64,000 bases of DNA from an uncultured virus (IMG/VR IMGVR_UViG_3300042392_001468) (Duplodnaviria; Heunggongvirae; Uroviricota; Caudoviricetes), in the IMG/VR virus record IMGVR_UViG_3300042392_001468. One strand, written 5' to 3'. Position 1 is the first letter of the stretch, and the number at the start of each line of letters is the position of its first letter. The position numbers and the translations under genes are program-made. Under the pieces are notes generated by a model that was not told the DNA's origin, ran no database searches, and worked only from the letters and a program-made list of their open reading frames with translations. Below are positions 27,607-36,739 of this stretch, piece by piece.

Positions 27607-27839
27607 CAGCCCTTGATTGCCTGAACGTGAACATTGCCCGATACGGCTTTCCAGTCTGAGTCCGTGCCTACTTGCGTCGGTGTGTAAATGTCGGGCGTGG
27701 TTGCCCTGCTTGTGCTGTCTGTCAAGTTCGGGATGGACACGGTTGCGTCCGGCCTTGCGCCTGAGCGGGGTCGGTCTGGCAGGTTCGGGAAGATGTTGGC
27801 TCCGGGGAACAGCCCTGGGCGTGGGTAGCGGTCGCTCAT
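27606..27839 (-). CDS. small protein with YP/FP repeats
   Basis: TGATG coupling at both ends; YP.PGLFPG..IFP. Confidence 0.6.
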   Translation of the reverse strand: MSDRYPRPGLFPGANIFPNLPDRPRSGARPDATVSIPNLTDSTSRATTPDIYTPTQVGTDSDWKAVSGNVHVQAIKG

Positions 27840-28870
27840 CAGAAGCCCTGCGGTACATGGTCGGAGTGCCAGCCGTCACCGCCAAGCGTGGTAAGGCGGT
27901 CGAAGTAAGTCTCGTACTGCGGGGCAACGGCGTCGTAGCTGTAGCGGTCAATGGCAGATTGCCTGAGCTGGTCGCCGTTGAGCTCCGGTGCCCGTCGTAC
28001 TGCTTCGCAGAACTCCCCCAGGGTGTGACAACGGAAGCCGGTTACGTTGTGCTGGACGGTTTCGGTGAAGGCTCCCCAGTCCGTCGTGATCGGTGGGGTG
28101 CCTGCGAGCTGGGCCTCGACCGCTACGAAGCCGAATGGCTCAATGTAGGTGGTGGGCATCAGCACTGCCTCTGCCTGTGACATAAGCCGCGCCCGTTCTT
28201 CAGGTCCGACTACGCCTATGGCTTCACCGTATGTGGGCTGATGCGGTCCCGCGCCGGCGAGGATGAGCCGCTTGCCAAGCTTCTGCGCCACGGACTCAGC
28301 GATTCCTACGCCCTTGCGCTCTTCCAGCCTGCCGATGTAGAGCAGGTAGTCCTCTTTGCCTTCGTGCCTGGGGTGTTCGTCCGGGTCGAAGTAGGCCGGG
28401 ATCACGGCGTGGTAAAAGCTGCCATCTGCGCTGTTAGTGCCGCGCTGTTGTCCGTAGGTGGTGTGTTGCCACGCTACGGACTCGAAGATTCGGAACGGTG
28501 CGAAGCTCCCACCGTAGCCAATGCCGAACTCTACGGGGTACATGAAGGGCAATGAGGCCATCAAACTCTCTTGGCATATGCCTCCGATAAGCCCGAGAAT
28601 ATCGCCCGGCTCTGCTCTTTCTGCGATTGCTGCGGCTGCGCTCCGGTTGTATTCTTCCCAAGCCTCCGGGCTAAAGGCCGGGGGTGCTGTCTCTGGGTAG
28701 CAAGCCACATGATCGCCAAGCGAATCGTGCTGCGGATCGCCGTAGACATTTACCTCATGGCCCCGTGGCACCATCATGTCAGCGAACTTCCTCACCTTCT
28801 GCGTGAAGGCGCAAGTCGAGTTAGCCTTTGTGATTGGCTGCCCCGGTAGTGCTGGAAGGTGGAATCTCAT
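27839..28870 (-). CDS. glycosyltransferase family 4 (GT-B)
   Basis: YIGRL..RKG...EPFG.V.VEA...GTP.IT.D.G...E.V.H..TG. Confidence 0.93.
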   Translation of the reverse strand: MRFHLPALPGQPITKANSTCAFTQKVRKFADMMVPRGHEVNVYGDPQHDSLGDHVACYPETAPPAFSPEAWEEYNRSAAAAIAERAEPGDILGLIGGICQESLMASLPFMYPVEFGIGYGGSFAPFRIFESVAWQHTTYGQQRGTNSADGSFYHAVIPAYFDPDEHPRHEGKEDYLLYIGRLEERKGVGIAESVAQKLGKRLILAGAGPHQPTYGEAIGVVGPEERARLMSQAEAVLMPTTYIEPFGFVAVEAQLAGTPPITTDWGAFTETVQHNVTGFRCHTLGEFCEAVRRAPELNGDQLRQSAIDRYSYDAVAPQYETYFDRLTTLGGDGWHSDHVPQGF

Positions 28871-28900
28871 GATTGGATGATCCTTTACGAGGTTCCGAAC

Positions 28901-31408
28901 CTAGATGACGATGCTCTTCTGGAACCTACGCCGGAATGTCTGCGTAGCTGTAGTGTTCTGGCCGTGACAAGTTATTTGAATTGTCGGAGTGCCTGTCAAG
29001 TCATTTGTTGTCAAAGCATAAATCGCTCCTGATGTAGTCGTGGCGATAGCCTGTCTCGCATTTGCGGCAGTAGGAGCGTAGCGATTGATACTCATCTGCA
29101 AATAGGCGCTGCCTGAAGAATGAGTGACAATGGCGGCAGATATTTCCACAATCGAAAAGTTTGTGGCTGAGTTTGTGAGAGTCGCGCCATCGGTGTGGGT
29201 CAGGTAAGTGACTCCATCAACTACGAGGGTGAATACATAAGTCCTTGCGGCCCCAGAGTTGTTTATCAGGTATCCCTTTACTTCTGTTTCGATTGCCTTC
29301 CCTGAAGCTAAAGCAGTATTCGGTATAAAAGTGGCAATCGTCTGGGCGGAAGTAGAGTTTACCGATATCGAAGTATCTGAGAGGTTGGTCGCATCTACAA
29401 TAGGACCAGTTGCTCCCGTTGCTCCGGTGCTACCTGCCGGGCCGCTTGGTCCCGATGGACCGCTAGGACCAGAAGGACCGCCGCCTGCCGCTACCCATTC
29501 AAGATTCCAGTCATCGGCATCAACCTTTGCCAGAACCTCGCCTGTGCTGCCGCCCGGAGGAACGGGGAAGGCAATAAAGGATATGCCCGAATCAACCCAA
29601 TCAGTACCGTCATAGGTCCAAATATCAAAGAGTGGTGAGCCGTCAATCTCGATGTAGTAATCACCGGATGAGCCGGGATCAGTCGGGGGTCCGTAGTCAA
29701 AGGTAAGTGTGCCGCTGCCCCCCGCAGGACCGGATGGGCCGCTGGGTCCGGTGGCTCCTGCCGTACCCGGTGTTCCGCTTGCTCCCGCCGCTCCGGTAGC
29801 CCCGGTTACTCCTGTCGGTCCCGTTGCGCCTGTAAGTCCTGTGGGTCCGCTCGGTCCCGTGGCTCCTGCGATGCCCGCTGGTCCCGATGGTCCGCTTGGA
29901 CCCGCTGCGCCAGTCACACCAGTTGGTCCTGTAGCTCCGGCTGGTCCGGTTGCGCCTGTAACTCCTGTGGGTCCGGTGGCACCATCTGCGCCTGCTGCCC
30001 CGGTTACGCCAGATGGTCCTGTCGCCCCGGTAAGTCCTGTGGGTCCGCTAGGGCCGGTTGCGCCGGTTGTGCCTGCGGCTCCGCTTGGCCCGGTTGCTCC
30101 CGTTGCTCCGGTGCTACCTGCCGGGCCGCTTGGTCCCGATGGACCGCTAGGGCCAGAAGCACCGCCGCCTGCCGCCACCCATTCAAGATTCCAGTCAGAG
30201 GCATCAACCTTTGCCAGAACTTCGCCTGTGCTGCCGCCTGCCGGGACAGGGTAGGTCAAAAGGCTAACGCCGCTTGCGGTCCAATCCGTACCGTCGTAAG
30301 CCCATATTTCCCAGATTACGGGTGTGCTATCTAGCTCTACATAAACTGAGCCGCTGCTGGGTGAATAGGTCGGCGTTCCGTTGCCGAACACAATGTCTCC
30401 CGCTTCACCTTCGGGTCCAGAAGGACCGGATGGGCCGGAGGGTCCGGTAGCTCCGGTTACTCCAGAAGGCCCGGTGGCTCCTGTGGCTCCTGCCGTACCC
30501 GGTGTTCCGCTTGCTCCTGGTGTCCCGCTCGCCCCCGTTGCTCCGGTTACTCCGGTTGGCCCGGTCGGGCCGGGAACCGTTGAGGCAGCGCCGCTTGGCC
30601 CGGTGGCTCCTGCGGGACCGCTCGGCCCCGTTGGTCCTGGCACGGTTGAAGCCGCACCAGTAGGGCCAGTTGCGCCTGCGGGTCCGGTTGATCCGACATT
30701 TCCAGAGGGCAAAAAGTCCACTGAAAGAAAGCCCGGCGAAACACCAGGAATGTCACCTGAGATGTAGTCAACGCCGATTTTGTAGTAGCCCGTTGCTGCG
30801 GTAACGCTTGTAACCGCCAGAACCATTGTTGCTGAGCTTGTAGCGGTTTGGATAAGAAGGTTGCCCTTTATTGCGCTGGTTGAATCATCCCAGGTGTCAT
30901 ACCATGCGGTTTGACTAGTGGTATTGAGGTCTTGGTTGTCAATGAATACCTGAGTCACCGAAGCAGCCGTTGAGTTATTGAGCTTTAGGTTGCCTGCGCC
31001 GGGGTCAGAATCAGCCGTTGTGCTGTTGAAGGTGTACCTAAGCCCACCGCGAGCGCCAGAAGGACCGGATGAACCGCTCGGGCCGGTGGCTCCTGCGGGT
31101 CCAGAAGGCCCGGTGGGACCAGAAGGCCCGGTGGCTCCGGTGGCTCCGGTAGGTCCGGTTACGCCAGTGGCTCCTGCTAAACCGCTAGGGCCAATAATTC
31201 CGCTGGGGCCGGTCGCTCCAGTGACTCCTGTTGGGCCGGTGGGACCAGCAAGCCCGCCGTATGGAAGTGAGTTCCAAGCAGTTGCACCGTCACCAACCTT
31301 GAACTTGTCAGTGTCGGTTTCTAGCGCCATTTCACGCTCTGCCAAAATAGGGTTATTGGCAATCCAATTGGCTGCCGTGTCGCCTCTAAGTTGGATTCGT
31401 ACCGCCAT
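28901..31408 (-). CDS. collagen-like fibre protein with Mtd-N/hyaluronidase-N-like anchor
   Basis: IQLR.DTAANW...NP.LA..E...ETDT..K.GDG.TAW..L.Y; long G-X-T/S repeats; globular C-terminus. Confidence 0.88.
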   Translation of the reverse strand: MAVRIQLRGDTAANWIANNPILAEREMALETDTDKFKVGDGATAWNSLPYGGLAGPTGPTGVTGATGPSGIIGPSGLAGATGVTGPTGATGATGPSGPTGPSGPAGATGPSGSSGPSGARGGLRYTFNSTTADSDPGAGNLKLNNSTAASVTQVFIDNQDLNTTSQTAWYDTWDDSTSAIKGNLLIQTATSSATMVLAVTSVTAATGYYKIGVDYISGDIPGVSPGFLSVDFLPSGNVGSTGPAGATGPTGAASTVPGPTGPSGPAGATGPSGAASTVPGPTGPTGVTGATGASGTPGASGTPGTAGATGATGPSGVTGATGPSGPSGPSGPEGEAGDIVFGNGTPTYSPSSGSVYVELDSTPVIWEIWAYDGTDWTASGVSLLTYPVPAGGSTGEVLAKVDASDWNLEWVAAGGGASGPSGPSGPSGPAGSTGATGATGPSGAAGTTGATGPSGPTGLTGATGPSGVTGAAGADGATGPTGVTGATGPAGATGPTGVTGAAGPSGPSGPAGIAGATGPSGPTGLTGATGPTGVTGATGAAGASGTPGTAGATGPSGPSGPAGGSGTLTFDYGPPTDPGSSGDYYIEIDGSPLFDIWTYDGTDWVDSGISFIAFPVPPGGSTGEVLAKVDADDWNLEWVAAGGGPSGPSGPSGPSGPAGSTGATGATGPIVDATNLSDTSISVNSTSAQTIATFIPNTALASGKAIETEVKGYLINNSGAARTYVFTLVVDGVTYLTHTDGATLTNSATNFSIVEISAAIVTHSSGSAYLQMSINRYAPTAANARQAIATTTSGAIYALTTNDLTGTPTIQITCHGQNTTATQTFRRRFQKSIVI
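29409..30238 (+). repeat. 146-bp direct repeat pair (29409-29554 and 30093-30238) inside the collagen gene
   Basis: About 6 mismatches by eye. Confidence 0.85.
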
Positions 31409-31647
31409 CAGCCAATTCCTCCGTTGATACCACCGTCAAACAAAATAGAGGTTGAAGTGCCTCCGTCTACATTGACAAAACTTGCTCCGGTGGCTCCGGT
31501 GGCTCCGGTGGCTCCTGCGGGTCCGCTTGGCCCCGTAGCACCAGTAGCTCCGGTTGGCCCGCCAGCCGGTCCAGTGGGACCAGGTGCCCCGATAAGCACC
31601 TTTTCCCACGCGCTCGTAACGGGATTGTATTGCTTTATAACCGTCAT
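31408..31647 (-). CDS. short collagen-like protein
   Basis: GPT/GAT repeats; VDGG...DGG tail; coupled at both ends. Confidence 0.75.
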   Translation of the reverse strand: MTVIKQYNPVTSAWEKVLIGAPGPTGPAGGPTGATGATGPSGPAGATGATGATGASFVNVDGGTSTSILFDGGINGGIG

Positions 31648-32390
31648 GTGAGTTTGACCGCTTTTTGCGTTTTGCGCGTGAAGGTCTGAGTGGCTGTTGT
31701 ATTTTGACCGTGACAATAAAGTGCCAACGATCCTCCATCCGTAAAATCGTTTGCCGTGTTATTCCAAATCTGACCGCTGGCAGTAGTTGTCATATCTTGG
31801 CGAGTGTTAGCAGTAGACGGACTTGAGCGATTTAGGGTCATTTGAATGTGACTATCAAATTGATCGTAGACGGCTACAACAATTTTTACATCTACAACCG
31901 AGGATGTAGCCGAGTTTGTAAGAGCGGCACCTTCTGTGTAAGTCAAATAAGTTGTGCCATCAAATTGAACTGTCCAAACATAGGTTCTACTCGCACCTGA
32001 ATCATTCTTAAGCAAACCTCGCACATCAAGTTCAAACATTGTGTTGGCTGCTAGGTTCGAAGTTGGGGCAGCAAGTGCGACTAACACAGGCGTTGTTGAG
32101 TTCACATTGTAAGAAGTGCTTGTAACTAGGGCATCGTCAAAACCTGCGCCCGTTGGACCGGAGGGACCGGATGGACCGGATGGGCCTATACCAACATCCC
32201 CTGCCTCTGTGGTGTCAGCCCAAAGGCTATCTGTATCGTCTGGAGGCGTGTCGGAAATGATAATGCCCGGATCGCCCTCTGGCCCGGTAGGTCCGGTTGG
32301 CCCGGTAACGGCAACCTCAACTTTTTTGTCTAAGTATTCAAAGTTGAGCGTCGAAGCCCGGTCTGGGACTGTTCGATGCGGTAACTCCAT
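31644..32390 (-). CDS. collagen-like fibre protein; C-terminal domain paralogous to 28901-31408
   Basis: Shared N.SGA.RTYV.T...DG.TYLT.T.GA.LTNSAT and [13 protein letters not shown]. Confidence 0.8.
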   Translation of the reverse strand: MELPHRTVPDRASTLNFEYLDKKVEVAVTGPTGPTGPEGDPGIIISDTPPDDTDSLWADTTEAGDVGIGPSGPSGPSGPTGAGFDDALVTSTSYNVNSTTPVLVALAAPTSNLAANTMFELDVRGLLKNDSGASRTYVWTVQFDGTTYLTYTEGAALTNSATSSVVDVKIVVAVYDQFDSHIQMTLNRSSPSTANTRQDMTTTASGQIWNNTANDFTDGGSLALYCHGQNTTATQTFTRKTQKAVKLT

Positions 32391-32998
32391 TAGGTAGCCG
32401 CAATACCAAAGACATATACATTGCCTACAAACGATGAGGTTACAACCGTAGCTGACAAAGTAATTGTGGTTGTAGATGTTACGACAACCATAGCTACTTG
32501 AACTCCTGCCGCATACTTATCGCCAGCCTCGCCAGTCAATCGTTCAAGATTTGTAAAAGCCGATGTTGGCTGCGTAACTGTGGCTGCCCCCCCAGAACTA
32601 CCAATAGAAAAACTGTGTGCTTGTCCGTTCGTGGTTCCTTGCCCTATGACAAGGTAGGTGCCTGGGGGTACATTTGAAACGCTTCCCGAAACTTGAGGGC
32701 TGCCACTAGATGTGATTACCGTTCCGCGATTTGACTCAAAAACAAACTTGACACTTCCGCTAAGCACAGAAAGGGCTGCCATTTTTGCGGCAGTTACCGC
32801 TCCGTCAGCAATTTTGCCCGTAGGAACAGAAGTATTTGCTAATTTCGATCCAACGATTCCTGCGTTATCGGCAATGTTTGCGTTATCCAAACCGCCGTTT
32901 ATCGCGTCACGGATTGTGCCAATCGCAGAAGCAATCTTGGGATCTTCTGTGTCGTTTGGCTTTCCTACGACTGGAACTTGCGGGTCAATTGTTGCCAT
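32390..32998 (-). CDS. tail fibre/spike-like protein
   Basis: NG.LD..NI...KIADGAVTAAK fibre repeats. Confidence 0.7.
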   Translation of the reverse strand: MATIDPQVPVVGKPNDTEDPKIASAIGTIRDAINGGLDNANIADNAGIVGSKLANTSVPTGKIADGAVTAAKMAALSVLSGSVKFVFESNRGTVITSSGSPQVSGSVSNVPPGTYLVIGQGTTNGQAHSFSIGSSGGAATVTQPTSAFTNLERLTGEAGDKYAAGVQVAMVVVTSTTTITLSATVVTSSFVGNVYVFGIAAT

Positions 32999-33011
32999 TG
33001 TCTAATCCTAC

Positions 33012-34790
33012 CTAGTCTGATCGTGGTCGCAGGAAACCCGCTATTGAGTAGATTTCCATTGTGTTTGCGTTTATTTCTTCGTCGTAAATGCGAAGCGACC
33101 AGGCTCGGCCCCAGCCATCAGTCGGGGTGTAGTAACGCTTTTGAGTAATAGTCGGCGTGGCTCCAAAGGTGCCCTCGTCGCCAAAGTCTGTGCCAGAGTC
33201 GCCAAAATCGCCGCCAGTTGAAGCGCCAGATTCCCAAGGTATCCAGTCTAGGCGTTGGCGGGTGTCGCCAAAAGTGGTGCCTGCGTCTAGTTCCCAATAA
33301 CCCACGCCATCAATGCGGTACTGGCTGATTCGTTTGTTCAACTGTGGAGCGCCCCAAGTCCAGTACGGACCTTCCCAATACGACTGATACGGCAAGGCGT
33401 TGTCTGTGTAGACATTTTTGACAAGCATTTGATCCATGCCCGCGATCTGGGGAACCGCACCGTACAGCTTAGCGCCGCTGCCCAAGTCAAGTATTGCGTA
33501 GTCGGCTGCGGCTAGTGAATGAATCCACCACGCCCCGGTATCAAGTTGGTATTGAAGCGTGACCGTGTTTTTGTTGTCAGCGTATGGGATTGACAACCAA
33601 TACGAGTCCTGAAAATAAACACCTACTGACCGTTTGTAAGCGATTGGTTGAGTTTCCGAAATGGTGGCAAGCAGCGGCTTGATCTTGTCCGATACCACGC
33701 GAATGTTGCTGCCGTCAGTAATACATACGCCCAAGTCCTCTGAAAGAAACAAGGTACCCTGGGTTGTCTCCACAATAGAGCGATGTGAAGAACATCCAAT
33801 GCTCGAGGACAAAGTGCGGTAAATCCCAGAAGCGCCGTCTGAAATGACATAGGACTTGCGTTCTTTGAATACAATTACATACGGGCCTACTGTGCCAAGC
33901 CCGGTTGTTACTTGCCCATCATCCGGGTCTATATCGTCAATGAGGTCGGTATCCCAATTACAGGGGTCAGGTAGCGGTGTGGAATCGTCGTTGATTCCTG
34001 TTTTCCAAATGCGGCCCGGATAATCGGGGTCGCCGGTAGCCCACATGCGATCTTGAGCGTAGATCAAATAGGGAGTGCCATCGGGCACTTCACCCTGTGA
34101 CGCATCGGCTTCCCAATCCTCCGTAGTCGCAGAAACCCCGTCCCAATACTGCGGGGTGTTTACGCCGTTCATGCCGTAATACGGTCCTTGGTCTGGGCTT
34201 TCGTCTGTAGCAAGTGGTCCCTGTACCCATTCCCACGGTTTGTTAGCGGCTTGATTGCTTTTCAGCGTTGTAGTGGTGCCGCCCGTAGTAATCTTGACTA
34301 TCGAATCCGTTGCGGCCCCGGGGCTGACCGGGCCAACCCCGATGAATCCTTGAAAGGCTCCTGTCGTAGCGAACAGGGTGTGGGCACTCAGGATCGCGCC
34401 GTCAAGTGCCGTAACCATTGCCCCGTCGTTATGCGCCGCTGCGGTCGTACTCAGGGATGCCCGGGTACAGCCCGCAAAGGTGGTTGAGGTCTTGCTTGCG
34501 TATTGAATCTTCTCGTTGTCAATCAGTATGTAGCCGGAGGCCGCTGCGCCGGTAGTGCTAGTGACTGTGATCGTGGTAACAGCGGCGTTGATCGCGCCGT
34601 TGAGGGTAGTGTTGATATTCCCGTATGTTCCGGTGCGGGTACTACCGTTGCGCTTGTTTAGAGCGCCTGTGCGGTTCGCGTATACATTGCGGCAATCCTG
34701 GCATTGGTTGTCCTCGAGCAAATATGGCCCGGCTTCAAGATTGAGTCCACCTGAGAAATCGGTGTATAGGACCGGGTTGCCGGTAGCCAT
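33012..34790 (-). CDS. podovirus tail nozzle (tube B / stabilization-like) protein
   Basis: DFSGGLN...N......G.L.KR.G N-terminus; beta-propeller-like body (IGC...SI). Confidence 0.78.
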   Translation of the reverse strand: MATGNPVLYTDFSGGLNLEAGPYLLEDNQCQDCRNVYANRTGALNKRNGSTRTGTYGNINTTLNGAINAAVTTITVTSTTGAAASGYILIDNEKIQYASKTSTTFAGCTRASLSTTAAAHNDGAMVTALDGAILSAHTLFATTGAFQGFIGVGPVSPGAATDSIVKITTGGTTTTLKSNQAANKPWEWVQGPLATDESPDQGPYYGMNGVNTPQYWDGVSATTEDWEADASQGEVPDGTPYLIYAQDRMWATGDPDYPGRIWKTGINDDSTPLPDPCNWDTDLIDDIDPDDGQVTTGLGTVGPYVIVFKERKSYVISDGASGIYRTLSSSIGCSSHRSIVETTQGTLFLSEDLGVCITDGSNIRVVSDKIKPLLATISETQPIAYKRSVGVYFQDSYWLSIPYADNKNTVTLQYQLDTGAWWIHSLAAADYAILDLGSGAKLYGAVPQIAGMDQMLVKNVYTDNALPYQSYWEGPYWTWGAPQLNKRISQYRIDGVGYWELDAGTTFGDTRQRLDWIPWESGASTGGDFGDSGTDFGDEGTFGATPTITQKRYYTPTDGWGRAWSLRIYDEEINANTMEIYSIAGFLRPRSD

Positions 34791-35441
34791 CTAAAGCACC
34801 CAGGAAGTCGGAGCCAGTGGGTCAATACGATTGTCGCCTACCCTTTTGGCTTGCGTGTAATCATCAGAGTCGTATTGAACCTCGCCACGGCACTTCATAA
34901 TGTCCTCGTCAAAGCGGCCCTTGTGGTACATGGCTGAGTTGTAGTCGTTCTCGCGCTCGTAGCAATGCCAGAGGGCGTAGGAAACGAGCAGGTGGTGATA
35001 GGTGCCCGGGATCTGGGGAGTGTCGCCCGCATTGGCAAGCGTGGCTGGCTTGGCGTAGTAACGAAGCCTGAGTGTGTAAACAGTGTCCGGCGTGGGCCAA
35101 AGGTTGATTTCGTCATTGGTGATCGCATAGTGGGTAGGTATTCCACTACTAAACGGCAGCGCGTCTAGGTCGCCTTGGGAAACTTCTTGAAGCGGGTAGG
35201 AATCCGTTGCCGTGCGGGTATACATGAGAGAGTAAACCCGCATGAAATTCTCGGGCAAATCGTAGGCAGCATCGTTGTTGGCCGTAATGATCTCCTGAGA
35301 GGAAAACAGTTCGCGGAAATCAGTCTGAGCGGCAACATACGCCTGCCCCTGGTTGAGCCGCGCCTGCACATAGTTTGTGTATTGCACAGGGGAGAACTGG
35401 TGGCTCAGTACCTCGTCTGTAAGTTCGGAAAAAGTTGGCAC
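34791..35441 (-). CDS. podovirus tail adaptor (tube A-like) protein
   Basis: YDLP..F...G.P..Y......LWPTPD..Y...Y...P..L...D.P.IP..YH..LV.YA. Confidence 0.82.
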   Translation of the reverse strand: MPTFSELTDEVLSHQFSPVQYTNYVQARLNQGQAYVAAQTDFRELFSSQEIITANNDAAYDLPENFMRVYSLMYTRTATDSYPLQEVSQGDLDALPFSSGIPTHYAITNDEINLWPTPDTVYTLRLRYYAKPATLANAGDTPQIPGTYHHLLVSYALWHCYERENDYNSAMYHKGRFDEDIMKCRGEVQYDSDDYTQAKRVGDNRIDPLAPTSWVL

Positions 35442-35453
35442 TCCCCTATGGTA

Positions 35454-36173
35454 CTAGGCAGCCTTGGAGATTACCGACGCGGCAGGTTCGTCTGGCACCA
35501 TGCGTTCCAGGGTATCCGCCATTTCGGGGATGCGGTTCTTGTACGGCTTGGAGTCTTTCCACATCGAGTAAACTTTATCGTCCTTGCGGTCCATATGGCC
35601 GCAAAGGATTGAGCCGTTACAAAACACCTTGCCGCCTGCCTCATACAGCTTGCGGAAAAAATGAAGATCCTCGCCTTCCTTCTCGCTGTTCATGCCGTCC
35701 GAGGACTCTACGAAAGCGAAGTAAGGTTCCTCGATCTTGTCAAAGGCTGATACGCGGATTACACAGCATCCCAGCCCGGCTCCCCAAACAGGGAAGGTTT
35801 CACCCATTTTCCAATCCCAATAAGGCCCGGAAACATCTTCTGGCTTGCCTCCAAAAATCAGCGGCTCGGGCGGGATGGTTTTCGTACAGTAAACCCCCGT
35901 AATCGCGTCCCAATCGTCATTTTGCTCCATTTGATAGAGCATCAGTTTCATGGCGCTGTCAGGAATCAACACATCATCGTCAATGAAAACGAGGTATTTA
36001 CAGTCGCGCTCTTTGGCGGCAATGGCACAGTTGTTGCGGGCTGTGGCAATCGGCACCTTGATTGGGACAATCGTGTTGCGCTCCCCCGATACCGGCCATT
36101 GAAGTTGTGAATACATGATGGCCCATGCGATATGAACCGGGCCGTTTGAGGGAATTGCTACAGCGTATTTCAC
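35454..36173 (-). CDS. glycosyltransferase family 2 (GT-A)
   Basis: ARN...FIDDD...G.GC..I....F...GED..F...GH. Confidence 0.9.
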   Translation of the reverse strand: MKYAVAIPSNGPVHIAWAIMYSQLQWPVSGERNTIVPIKVPIATARNNCAIAAKERDCKYLVFIDDDVLIPDSAMKLMLYQMEQNDDWDAITGVYCTKTIPPEPLIFGGKPEDVSGPYWDWKMGETFPVWGAGLGCCVIRVSAFDKIEEPYFAFVESSDGMNSEKEGEDLHFFRKLYEAGGKVFCNGSILCGHMDRKDDKVYSMWKDSKPYKNRIPEMADTLERMVPDEPAASVISKAA

Positions 36174-36646
36174 TCAGAGTCTTTCTTGTCGGGAATGTCC
36201 TTGCTGATTACAGCCGTGTCCTGGTTGTAGCCAAGATCCCTACGAATAGCAAAAGCCAGTTTTTCTGCGTTTTCACCGATCTTTTGCGAAAACTCCCAAT
36301 CGCGGGCTGCTTCTGCCAACTCATGCTGTTTTTCCAGTTCGTCAGCGTAGGAGTAGTCGGGCTGCTGATTGAGCCAGTTGATCCGCTCGAGGTCGCGCAC
36401 AATGCGTCCGTCAAGTTCCTGATAGGTAGCAACCATGTAGCCGCTGCCCGCTTCTTGATTGTGTTCGCGGGCGTAAACGACATAGTATTGCCCGACTTCT
36501 GAGTACCGCAGGTGAAGCCGCTCGTCAATCTCTTGAAGGCGCTGTGCGATTCCCCCCGCATCCTGGGTGATTAGGTGCATCTTCCCGTCACGGCCAGACT
36601 TGATTTGTTCAATCGAAGCCGGTTCTATTTCACCAGTCCACTCCAT
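36170..36646 (-). CDS. hypothetical structural-module protein
   Basis: ORF between capsid and GT2, coupled by GTGA. Confidence 0.7.
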   Translation of the reverse strand: MEWTGEIEPASIEQIKSGRDGKMHLITQDAGGIAQRLQEIDERLHLRYSEVGQYYVVYAREHNQEAGSGYMVATYQELDGRIVRDLERINWLNQQPDYSYADELEKQHELAEAARDWEFSQKIGENAEKLAFAIRRDLGYNQDTAVISKDIPDKKDSE

Positions 36647-36682
36647 TACGACTGCCAGCCTACCACATCGTTCTGTCAAACG

Positions 36683-36717
36683 AAAACGAGGGGCCGGGCT
36701 AAATACCCGACCCCTCG
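36683..36717 (-). terminator. intrinsic terminator after the major capsid gene
   Basis: CGAGGGGTCGGG-TATTTAG-CCCGGCCCCTCG followed by TTTTCGTTT. Confidence 0.85.
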
Positions 36718-36739
36718 CTGTTCGTCGTGGTGCCTGTGA

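Noticed and set aside
28901..31408. Diversity-generating retroelement (Mtd-like N-terminus, repeats)
   Set aside because: No reverse transcriptase in the window, and repeat mismatches are not adenine-specific TR/VR differences at a C-terminus
29259..31651. Pro/Val/Ala-rich + strand ORFs
   Set aside because: Antisense shadows of the collagen repeats
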